DNA of 64,000 nt from Fimbriosthenelais zetlandica (taxonomy: Eukaryota), in assembly GCA_977030845.1 (NCBI GenBank), contig OZ365110.1:18228001-18292000 (forward strand), in the 5' to 3' direction. The position numbers and the translations under genes are program-made. Shown here piece by piece: positions 12,779-24,484 of this stretch (the first letter of the stretch is position 1; each line of letters begins with the position of its first letter). A model generated the notes under the pieces. It saw nothing but the letters and a program-made list of their open reading frames with translations. It did not search any database and had not been told where the DNA came from.

Positions 12779-14029
12779 GTTCACAAGAAGAACCTCAAGT
12801 GACTGGTGCTGGGCATCAGAGAAGAGTCGGATCCTAATGGAATCCTCTTGAGTTTAGTTAAACATAACATTTAGATATAGCTGACATCAGCCTTATGTGT
12901 GCTAGTTGTCATTAGTATTAGTTGTACTTTTCATTATGTCTACGCATCATCTGGTATCTTCTAGTCTCTAGAGATGATATAGCTTAGTACGGCGAGTGCT
13001 AGTGCCTCTTTCTATAATTGTAGGGTAGGTCTACCAGTGGGGTACGTAATATAATAGACGCCAGTTACATATAATAATCCTTTTTCTTTAGTTGTAAGTC
13101 GTCTTACAGATTAGATGCTAACTTGAAGTGCTCATGTCTCAAGGCTTTTTTTTTCATGTACGGTACCGTTACGTTAGACCTTTATTGCAGGCGTTGGAGT
13201 TAACGTTTAAGCGTTTCGAGTTTGACTTTGATCAATAAAGTTGTGCTTCTTGCTAAATCATTATAACCATAACTTTTGTTTTTGCAAATAGTACTGTACA
13301 CGGGTAATATTTTAAGTTAACCTTGGTTCTTGTCTTGTATAATATATGCGTACGGCATTTAGGTCCCGTTTCATAAAAATAAAAGAATAAATTCTCGAAC
13401 TGGACTGTCTCACGTAAATTAAAGAATAAATTCTCTATTAAAGTCGCTAAAGACTAGGTCCACCCGTTCCGCCCCAACTTTCGCCCTCATTATACCGGGT
13501 ACGGTACTGGTGTACCGTACTACGGTATATTTCATCGTCCTGAGATAACTGAATATTGATGACCAAATAACAGTCTTAATTCCCTGTTTTAATTAACATT
13601 GGGTTGCGAGAACTGTCGGAATGCCTATAATTCGTGGCGGGCGGGGTTCGACGGTAGGCCTAGGCCTATCCAGTTTTGTTTTATGGGGGATAAATGTCGA
13701 GATGGAGCCACTTAGACTTTTATTTTTCCTTTATTTTTAGGATATTTCTACATTCATAGGCATTCATACAAATATTTTCATATTTTACCTGAAGGTGGGA
13801 TGGGGTATAGGCCTACATCCACCTCAATGGGACAAAAAATAATTGAGGGAACAACTTTTTTCTGAGACTTCCAAAAAGACTCAAATAATACCGGTATTGC
13901 CTATTCGGGGGGGGGGGGGGCGTTCACCACAGCAGCGCCTCCAAAACCTCGAACCCCCAACCCCGGCTGGCGATAGGGTTGACATGGTCGAATCCGATTG
14001 ACCCTTCGCACACTAAATCGTGAGTAATC

Positions 14030-15010
14030 TAGCGTGATTGAGCCATCCGGCGTGACCTGGAAGTAGGTCAATGAGCCATACGGAGTGCATATATAGGTCA
14101 AAGTATGGTGGCCCAAAATTAAAATATATTATTAGTACGGGTCGTTCAGTGGGGAATAAGGCCTATAGTAGGCTTACATCATGGTGGATTTGAACTTTTA
14201 AATTGGGGACGGGCGTGGGGAGAGGGATGAAAGGCGAATAGGGCACCTATGTGACATCTGGGCCCATCTGGAGTTAGATGAGCCATCTGGAGTGAGATGA
14301 GCCACCTGGAGTGATATAGGTCTATTACGGGGGGACCATCTTGAGTGAGATGAGCCACCCAGAGTGATATATAGAAAGAACATCTATTGCACCCCTGCAC
14401 TGTACCGTGGTACCCCGACTATAAGGGAGGGTTGTGAGGGTTGTGGACGAAGACATGAGATGCAAAAAGGGCATCTAGGTGATATCTGGGACCATTTTGA
14501 GTGAGATGAGCCATATAGAGTGAGATGAGCAAACGAGAGTGATATTATATGTAAAGGGCATCTATTGCACCCCTGCACTGTACCGTGGTAACCCGACTAT
14601 AAGGTGGGGGTGAGGGGGTTGAGGGGTACCCGGTAGGGCTGAGATGCAAAAAGGGCATCTAGGTGATATCTGGGCATATGTTCAGTGAGATGAACCATAT
14701 AGAGTGAGATGAGCCAACGGGAGTGATGCTTATGTAAAGGGCATCTATTGCACCCCTGCAGTGTACTGTGGTACCCCGACTATAAGGGAGCGTTCTGAGG
14801 GTTAAGGGGAAGAGATAAGATCCAAAAAGGGCACCTAGGTGACATCTGGGCCCATGTTGAGTGAGATGAGCCATATATGGAGTGACATGAGCCACCCGGA
14901 GTGATATTAGGAAAGGGCATCTATTGGACCACTGCGCTGTACTATGGTACCCCATCAATAAGGGAGGGTTGTGAGGGAATGCTGAGATGAGAAAAGGGCA
15001 TCTAGGGTTT
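14030..15010 (+). repeat. Degenerate satellite related to the 167-bp array (~19-bp subrepeats and ~176-183-bp monomers)
   Basis: Repeated GAGTGAGATGAGCCA units; CATCTATTGCACCCCTG recurs at ~14381, 14559, 14742, 14918. Confidence 0.85.
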
Positions 15011-15282
15011 TTGAAGTTTAATAAGCCTTTTATTTGTACCATTTCCATTTTAACAATGTATTTTCAGGCGGCCAATTATGTCTGTTTCCTCATCATACAG
15101 ATAGTTTTGTACAATATTATTTGTCAATTACAATAAAACGTCTATTGTACAATATATCAATTAAAAGTCATAAAAATAAACACCCACCCCACATTACCAT
15201 TAACCCACACCATCGCCTCTGAGTCACTTCTTATATACTACTATAAATAACAGTCATGTCAATTATGTCACTTTCGACTTTC

Positions 15283-17944
15283 GGTTGAGATCCAAAAAGG
15301 GCATATAGCAAACATCTTGGACCATCTGGAGCGATATGAGCCATATAGAGTGAGATGAGCCACCAGGGGTGATATGAAGAAAGGGCATCTATTGCACCCC
15401 TGACCTATACCGTGGTACCCTGACAACAAATGTGGGTTGTGAGAGAAGGGTTGAGATCCAAAAAGGGCTTCTAGCTAGCATCTGGGACCATCAGGATCGA
15501 CATGAGCCATATAGAGTGAGATGAGCCACCCGGGGTGATATAAAGAAAGGGAATCTATTGCACCCCGGAGCTATACTGTGGTACCCTGACAACAAATGTG
15601 GTTTGTGGGGGAAGGGACGAGGTCCACAAAAGGGCATCTAGCTAGCATGTGGGACCATCAAGATCGACATGAGCCATATAGAGTGAGATGAGCCACCCGG
15701 AGTGATATAAAGAAAGGGCATCTATGGCAACCCTAAGCTATACTGTGGTACCCTGACAAGAAGGGTGGGTTGTGGGAGAAGGGTTGAGATCGAAAAAGGG
15801 CATCTAGCAAACATCTTGGACCATCTGGAGCGATATAAGCCATATAGAGTGAAATGAGCCACTCGGGGTGATATGAAGAAAGGGCATCTGTTGCACCCCT
15901 GAGCTATACTGTGGTACCCTGACAACAAAGGTGGGTTGTGGGCGAAGGGTTGAGATCCAAAAAGGGCATATAGCTAGCCTCTGGTGCCATCAGGATCGAT
16001 ATTAGCCATATAGAGTGAGATGAGCCACCCGGAGTGATATGAAGAAAGGGCATCTATTACACCCCTGAGCTATACTGTGGTACCCTGACAACAAATGTGG
16101 GTTGTGGGAGAAGGGTTGAGATCCAAAAAGGTCATATAGCTAGCATGTGGGACCATCAGGATCGATATGAGCCATATAGAGTGAGATGAGCCACCCGGGG
16201 TGATATGAAGAAAGGGCATCTATTGCTCCCCCTGAGTTTTAATGTGGTACACCAACAACAAGGCTGGATTGTGGGGGAAGGGACGAGGTCCACAAAAGGG
16301 CTTCTAGCTATCATGTAGGACCATCAGGATCGACATGAGCCATATAGAGTGAGATGAGCCACCCGGGGTGATATAAAGAAAGGGCATCTATTGCACCCCT
16401 GAGCTATACTGTGGTACCCTGACAACAAATGTGGGTTGTGGGGGAAGGGCTGAGATCCACAAAAGGGCATCTAGCTAGCTTCTGGGACCATCAGGATCGA
16501 CATGAGCCATATAGAGTGAGATGAGCCACCCGGAGTGATATAAAGAAAGGGCATCTATGGCAACCCTAAGCTATACTGTGGTACCCTGACAAGAAGGGTG
16601 GGTTGTGGGAGAAGGGTTGAGATCGAAAAAGGGCATCTAGCAAACATCTTGGACCATCTGGAGCGATATGAGCCATATAGAGTGAAATGAGCCACTCGGG
16701 GTGATATGAAGAAAGGGCATCTGTTGCACCCCTGAGCTATACTGTGGTACCCTGACAACAAACGTGGGTTGTGGGGGAAGGGTTGAGATCCAAAAAGGGC
16801 ATATAGCTAGCCTCTGGTGCCATCAGGATCGATATGAGCCATATAGAGTGAGATGAGCCACCCGGAGTGATATGAAGAAAGGGCATCTATTACACCCCTG
16901 AGCTATACTGTGGTACCCTGACAACAAATGTGGGTTGTGGGAGAAGGGTTGAGATCCAAAAAGGTCATATAGCTAGCATGTGGGACCATCAGGATCGATA
17001 TGAGCCATATAGAGTGAGATGAGCCACCCGGGGTGAGATGAAGAAAGGGCATCTATTGCTCCCCCTGAGTTTTAATGTGGTACACCAACAACAAGGCTGG
17101 ATTGTGGGGGAAGGGACGAGGTCCACAAAAGGGCTTCTAGCTATCATGTAGGACCATCAGGATCGACATGAGCCATATAGAGTGAGATGAGCCACCCGGG
17201 GTGATATAAAGAAAGGGCATCTATTGCACCCCTGAGCTATACTGTGGTACCCTGACAACAAATGTGGGTTGTGGGGGAAGGGCTGAGATCCACAAAAGGG
17301 CATCTAGCTAGCTTCTGGGACCATCAGGATCGACATGAGCCATATAGAGTGAGATGAGCCACCCGGAGTGATATAAAGAAAGGGCATCCATGGCAACCCT
17401 AAGCTATACTGTGGTACCCTGACAAGAAGGGTGGGTTGTGGGAGAAGGGTTGAGATCGAAAAAGGGCATCTAGCAAACATCTTGGACCATCTGGAGCGAT
17501 ATGAGCCATATAGAGTGAAATGAGCCACCCGGGGTGATATGAAGAAGGGGCATCTATTGCACCCCTGAGCTATACTGTGGTACCCTGACAACAAACGTGG
17601 GTTGTGGGGGAAGGGCTGAGATCCAAAAAGGGCTTCTAGCTATCTTCTGGGACCATCAGGATCGACATGAGCCATATAGAGTGAGATGAGCCACCCGGGG
17701 TGATATAAAGAAAGAGCATCTATTGCACCCCTGAGCTATACTGTTGTACCCTGACAACAAAGGTGGGTTTTGGGGGAAGGGATGAAATACACAATAGGGC
17801 ATCTAGCTAGCATGTGGGACCATCAGGATCGACATGAGCCATATAGAGTGAGATGAGCCACCAGGAGTGATATAAAGAAAGGGCATCTATTGCACCCCTG
17901 ACCTATACTGTGGTACCCTGACAACAAAGGTGGGTTGTGAGAGA
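15283..17944 (+). repeat. Tandem satellite, ~16 x 166/167-bp monomers (left arm), with 833-bp 5-mer higher-order repeat
   Basis: CCATATAGAGTGAGATGAGCC recurs at 15341, 15507, 15674, etc. Near-identical spurious ORFs end at 15928, 16761 and 17594 (period 833 = 5 monomers). Confidence 0.97.
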
Positions 17945-18562
17945 ATTCATAGACCTAATGCGTGAAAATGACATCGACAGAACCATATCTTAGGGTACTC
18001 CTTGAATCATCTTGAATATTATTGAATTTAGGTAAATTAGAACAGTGAGGCTGCTTAGATTTTTACATGTATATTGCCAATATGTATGTCTATAAGTCGC
18101 ACCATGGTACATAAATGTAAATAAATATTTGGTACATACTGAAATGGTCTTTTCGCTATTTATGGGGAATGAAGGCCTTATATGGTTATCGAATTAGTCA
18201 ATACGCAAAGACAATACCAGTGACACAATGATAAAATAATAGACACAAATTATCCATGATCCAAAAGTAACAGTTAGAAAGATTAAAACATCAATTTTGG
18301 ATTATCAAGTTTTACTAAGTTCTCAGAAAATTATTACTATTTTTGTATAGTATCAATACAATTTTAAACGCTACCGCCTGGGAGACCAAAGGGCGACCAA
18401 TTACACCTAGGCCTACAACAGGCTATAAACTATTAAATAAATCACCAGAGATCTTCCAAACCCTGCAGAGAGGGGATTCACTTCTTTATAACTGAAATTT
18501 TGCTTTAAGCGTGTTCGTTATAGTCGCATTCAACTGTACATGTATTATAATACCCCAGTTCA

Positions 18563-21110
18563 TGCAATAGATGCCCTTTCTTTATATCACCCCGGGTGGC
18601 TCATCTCACTCTATATGGCTCATCTCGATCCAGATGGTCCCAGATGATAGCTAGAAGCCATTTTGTGGATCTCACCCCTTCCCCCACAACCCACCTTTGT
18701 TGTCAGGGTACCACGGTATAGATCAGGGGCGCAATAGATGCCCTTTCTTTATATCACCCCGGGTGGCTCATCTCACTCTATATGGCTCATGTCGATCCTG
18801 ATGGTCCCAGAAGCTAGCTAGATGCCCTTTTGTGGATCTCAACCCTTCTCCCACAACCCACGTTTGTTGTCAGGGTACCACAGTATAGCTCCGGGGTGCA
18901 ATAGATTCCCTTTCTTTATATCACCCCGGGTGGCTCATCTCACTCTATATGGCTCATGTCGATCCTGATGGTCCCAGATGCTAGCTAGAAGCCCTTTTGG
19001 GATCTCAACCCTTCTCTCACAACCCACATTTGTTGTCAGGGTACCACAGTATAGCTCAGGGGTGCAATAGATGCCCTTTCTTTATATCACCCCGGGTGGC
19101 TCATCTGACTCTATATGGCTCATGTCGATCCTGATGGTCCCAGATGATAGCTAGAAGCCCTTTTTGGATCTCAACCCTTCTCTCACAACCCACATTTGTT
19201 GTCAGGGTACCACGGTATAGATCAGGGGTCCAATAGATGTCCTTTCTTTATATCACTCCGGGTGGCTCCTCTCACTCTATATGGCTCATGTCGATCCTGA
19301 TGGTCCTACATGATAGCTAGAAGCCCTTTTGTGGACCTCGTCCCTTCCCCGACAATCCAGCCTTGTTGTTGGTGTACCACATTAAAACTCAGGGGTGCAA
19401 TAGATGCCCTTTCTTCATATCACTCCGGGTGGCTCATCTCACTCTATATGGCTCATGTCGATCCTGATGGTCCCAGAAGCTAGCTAGATGCCCTTTTGTG
19501 GATCTCAGCCCTTCCCCCACAACCCACATTTGTTGTCAGGGTGCCACAGTATAGCTCAGGGGTGCAATAGATGCCCTTTCTTTATATCACCCCGGGTGGC
19601 TCATCTCACTCTATATGGCTCATGTCGATCCTGATGGTCCTACATGATAGCTAGAAGCCCTTTTGTGGACCTCGTCCCTTCCCCCACAATCCAGCCTTGT
19701 TGTTGGTGTACCACATTAAAACTCAGGGGGAGCAATAGATGCCCTTTCTTCATATCACCCCGGGTGGCTCATCTCACTCTATATGGCTCATATCGATCCT
19801 GATGGTCCCACATGCTAGCTATATGCCCTTTTTGGATCTCAACCCTTCTCCCACAAACCACATTTGTTGTCAGGGTACCACAGTATAGCTCAGGGGTGCA
19901 ATAGATGCCCTTTCTTTATATCACTCCTGGTGGCTCATCTCACTCTATATGGCTCATGTCGATCCTGATGGTCCCACATGCTAGCTAGATGGCCTTTTGT
20001 GTATTTCATCCCTTCCCCCACAACCCACCTTTGTTGTCAGGGTACCACAGTATAGCTCAGGGGTGCAATAGATGCTCTTTCTTTATATCACCCCGGGTGG
20101 CTCATCTCACTCTATATGGCTCATATCGATCCTGATGGTCCCAGAAGATAGCTAGAAGCCCTTTTTGGATCTCATCCCTTCCCCCACAACCCACGTTTGT
20201 TGTCAGGGTACCACGGTATAGATCAGGGGTGCAATAGATGCCCTTTCTTCATATCACTCCTGGTGGCTCATCTCACTCTTTATGGCTCATATCGATCCTG
20301 ATGGCACCAGAGGCTAGCTATATGCCCTCTTTGGATCTCAACCCTTCGCCCACAACCCACCTTTGTTGTCAGTGTACCACAGTATAGCTCAGGGGTGCAA
20401 TAGATGCCCTTTCTTCATATCACCCCGGGTGGCTCATTTCACTCTATATGGCTCATATCGCTCCAGATGGTCCAAGATGTTTGCTAGATGCCCTTTTTCG
20501 ATCTCAACCCTTCTCCCACAACCCACCCTTCTTGTCAGGGTACCACAGTATAGCTTAGGGTTGCCATAGATGCCCTTTCTTTATATCACTCCGGGTGGCT
20601 CATCTCACTCTATATGGCTCATGTCGATCCTGATGGTCCCAGATGCTAGCTATATGCCCTTTTTGGATCTCAACCCTTCCCCCACAATCCAGCCTTGTTG
20701 TTGGTGTACCACATTATAGCTCAGGGGTGCAATAGATGCCCTTTCTTTATATCACCCCGGGTGGCTCATCTCACTCTATATGGCTCATGTCGCTCCAGAT
20801 GGTCCAAGATGTTTGCTAGATGCCCTTTTTCGATCTCAACCCTTCTCCCACAACCCACCCTTCTTGTCAGGGTACCACAGTATAGCTTAGGGTTGCCATA
20901 GATGCCCTTTCTTTATATCACTCCGGGTGGCTCATCTCACTCTATATGGCTCATGTCGATCCTGATGGTCCCAGATGCTAGCTATATGCCCTTTTTGGTT
21001 CTCAACCCTTCTCTCACAACCCACATTTGTTGTTGGTGTACCACAGTATAGCTCAGGGGTGCAATAGATGCCCTTTCTATCACCCTGGGTGGCTCATCTC
21101 ACTCTATAAA
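18563..21110 (-). repeat. Same satellite in inverted orientation, ~15 monomers (right arm), decaying to ~21200
   Basis: Reverse-complement monomer GGCTCATCTCACTCTATATGGCTCAT..., with the same diagnostic variants as the left arm. Near-identical ORFs at 20363 and 20695 (period 332 = 2 monomers). Confidence 0.97.
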
Positions 21111-21515
21111 GCTGATATTGCTCCAGATCGTCCCAGGTGCAGCTAGAATCCACGCTAACAATCGTCCCTTATCATCAGGGTACTCTAATTCTGCGCAGGG
21201 CGGCAAATTGATGCCTTTTTATATTCATTTATAATTATTAATACATAACTTTTGGTCCTTCTGGGACACCGTACTTGCATTGAATATAGGTCAGTAGGTC
21301 ACACGCTCGCTGGCTCAGACTTCTACTGTGCGAAGTACATCTGGATTCATACGCCTGTTTGTCCCCATTGTCAAGGACACTCTACTATCCTTGCCACTGT
21401 CATGAATGTGAGCCCTTCCTCCCTCAACACATTGTTGACAAACATTCCTCTTCCCACACCTCTCGAAGCAGCGAGAGCGGGCACCTGTCAGTAAGATTCA
21501 TATAAGCAGCGCTAT

Positions 21516-21606
21516 GATTGGCTGTCTTATTTTGACTAACCAAGCGGTCAGCCAATAAGAAATTAGCTTCCTCTAGGTCTTTGCCAGTAGAGACAATATG
21601 GCGGAC
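21516..21606 (+). promoter_or_regulatory. Putative promoter of RNase H1-B (two CCAAT boxes, YY1-like motif over the ATG)
   Basis: GATTGG at 21516, GCCAAT at 21551, AATATGGCGG spanning ATG 21598. Confidence 0.5.
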
Positions 21607-24484
21607 AGGAGAAGACGTAGAGGTAAAATAGCTTTAATATTGTTAATTTTACGGATGTGTCCTTCAAAGTTACATATATCGCAAGGATGGAGTGCAACAT
21701 ATGGTAACTTAGAAGGACTTCAATGAGGTTTTGAAAGTATTGCACTATTCACCTGCTTGCTGGGCTGGCTCTGCTCAGCCTGTGGCTGATGCCTGATGGC
21801 TACAGCTTAGGCTCCAGACAGTGCTAAACTGGAACTGGGTGTCACTGCTAAGCCTAAAAGTTAATACCCGGTATATAGATTATAGTGCTATATCATATAT
21901 GGTACCATAGAACTATATCTAAGTAAGTGTAGGTCTACGTATGGTGTACGGTAATGCCTACTATTACTAATAGTACTAGATTCTATGTAGTTGTTGCAAG
22001 GATAGTGCAGACATACCGGTTAGCCCTCAGAGACCGACCCCGTGGTCTTGGGCCTAACAAAATAAATACCCTTGTTTTGGGTAACATGACTTTTTTTGGA
22101 TCTGTCGGTCGACGCTAATTTCTTTTTTATTATTTTATAATTTTTTCCTGGATAAACCATGGGTCGGCTGATTTAATAAAAAAAAAAAAAAATATTTTTT
22201 AAAGTTATATTTTAGTTATCAATCTAGTAATAAATTGATTCTGTCGCGTGTCACTATTAAAAATTATTGATGTTGCGTGTCGCTTTCAAAATATATCCAT
22301 GTATCGTGTGTCAATTTCTAAGGAAATTGTGAATGTCCTGTATCGATTTTTATCAGCCATCTTTTCAGCTGTGTCAGTCGCACGTTAAGGAGGCTATGTC
22401 AGAATGTCGCCCTCGATTTTAGGGCCGTGTCGATTTTTACCCATATACACCCATAGATTAGTACCGGTATACATTTACTTTTTTGTCATGAAACAGTCAT
22501 TGGCCTATCTGTATTCTTTTAACACCCAGACGGTGGAGGGAAATGTCCCGATTGGGCAAAAAAAAAATTATTTTTGTTTCGGATTCACCTAAAATATTAG
22601 TAAAGCGGAGATTTCAATTATTCAGAGTACAGTCGGAAATTTAGATTTTTGTTTTTGTTAAAAAACTTGAAAAGTCACCAATTTTAATTTTTGTCGGCAA
22701 TTTTAATTTATGGGGTCTTTTATGACAGATATGGAATTCCGGTTGTACATACATGTATAATGAAATGTGGAAAAAAAGTTGTCTTTCGTTTCTAGATGCA
22801 GACAGCCAACCAACAACATGCAGGCCTACCAGTCCCACGGATCAATTTGTATCTCCATCGCCCACCAAAATTTCATCCTCCCGCCTGCTGGCCCTCAAGT
22901 CCACTATCAATAGCATGAAATCTGTGGCTGAACACCTCACCACCTTGGTTCATCAGGCGGAGGAACAATTTGCTTCCATTGCTTCAAGCAAAAAGAGAAC
23001 TCTTCATGATGAGAACTTAAACATGTCTCGGTCCACTGATCTCGGTCCACTTGGTACGTCAAACTTTGATGCGGCTCCTTCACCTGTGAAAAGAGTGAAA
23101 ACTGAGTTCTCAAGTACGGAACATGGTATGCAAGTTACACTTCTCTTATTGTCTCTTGATGAATTATAGTAAAATATGTACTTGTCATTTTAAATACTGG
23201 TACCGGTATATTGCCTCCCTGATCTAATTTGGGAATTCAATATTTTCAACCCACCAATAATTAGTAAGATAAAGTGAAATTCGAAATAAATTTGTCCGCT
23301 TGCTAAAATATTTTCACATCATTACGTTCAATAACTCCTTTATTACTCTTTATAGGTGGAGACTGGAAACCTGTAACCGTATACACCGATGGAGCTTGCA
23401 CTGACAATGGCAAAGCTAATGCACGCGCTGGTATTGGAGTATATTGGGGACCAGGAGATAATATGTAAGCAGTCTCTGAGTTTAAGATTAGGTGGAATTT
23501 TATGGTCTGGATCAGCTGATTCAGTCCAGTTGTGGTAGCTCACTCAAGGCTTCAACAGGTCTTACCTTCGTTTAAGATTATCATTGATGGAGATGACTTC
23601 TTGACTAATGTTTGGCTTTCCAGGAATGTATCGGAGAGACTAAGTGGGCGTCAGACCAACAATAGGGCTGAAATTCTTGTGAGTTAAATATTACTTCTAC
23701 TTTTATTAGAATTTATGGATAAATGTGTAAATGCTTATGATCGCCAGGACTGAGTGTCCTCACCTCTTCCGTGAGCTGTTTTTGTGTCCATTTATGCAGT
23801 TATTGATTTATTATCTGTTTCTTTATGTAGGCGGCATGCCGCGCCATTAGTCAGGCACAGAGCATGGGCATCAGGGAATTAATCCTTCATACTGATAGTA
23901 ACTTCACGATTAAAGGTGGGTAGAAGACGTTTTTACGTGTGTAGTTGGTCACCGAGATCGATTTTAAGTAGACTTTGTTTAAAAGTAGTTTAAGTACGGT
24001 ACATGTCATTGGTTGAGGTTCATATCCTCCGGTATCCTAAATGATGATCCCAACAGTGTATTCGGTCTTCGCATTGCTATGACAGAACATGTATATTTTA
24101 TTATTTTATAGGAATAACAAGCTGGATCAAGAATTGGAAAAAGAATGGGTGGAGGACTACGGGTGGTGCTGAAGTTATAAATAGGGCGGACTTTGAGGAA
24201 CTAGATAGACTTTTACGTGAAGGAACTGTCAAAGTACAATGGGTGCGTTGCCTCTCATCTTTCTCAACATTATTGTCTGAATTATATAAATATATAATTG
24301 GCCCTGCTAATGTATTTCCCATATAGTATGCACAAATTCCGTATTCTGTAGATATGAAGAGTGGCAAGACCAAACTGTTTTATATATTGCTCTCTTTCAG
24401 GTCCATGTAAAAGGACATTCTGGGATTCTTGGCAACGAAGAAGCTGATCAACTAGCAAACGCGGGAGCTGCGAAAAATATTTAG
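21598..24484 (+). CDS. Ribonuclease H1 copy B (basic N-terminus + long linker + catalytic domain; no HBD), 7 exons, ~272 aa
   Basis: Exons 21598-21622, 22796-23125, 23356-23464, 23624-23678, 23831-23915, 24112-24242, 24401-24484 are in frame. Motifs [71 protein letters not shown]. The last four exons (55/85/131/84 nt) match copy A in size. The first exon is inferred. Confidence 0.88.

Noticed and set aside
15283-21110. CRISPR array or coding repeats (repeated 68-96 aa ORFs 'MLSGYHSIAQGC...')
   Set aside because: Units are contiguous 166/167-bp monomers with no unique spacers, in a eukaryotic context with no cas genes. The ORFs are by-products of the repeat and vary by indels.
18563-21110. 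Hammerhead ribozyme within the satellite monomer
   Set aside because: Only CTGATGG is present, not the required CUGANGA, and I found no correctly placed GAAA and cleavage triplet. An Infernal search would settle it.
7187-24484. RNase H domains as retrotransposon remnants
   Set aside because: They are intron-containing, with cellular RNase H1 motifs and an HBD, and there is no adjacent reverse transcriptase, integrase or LTR.
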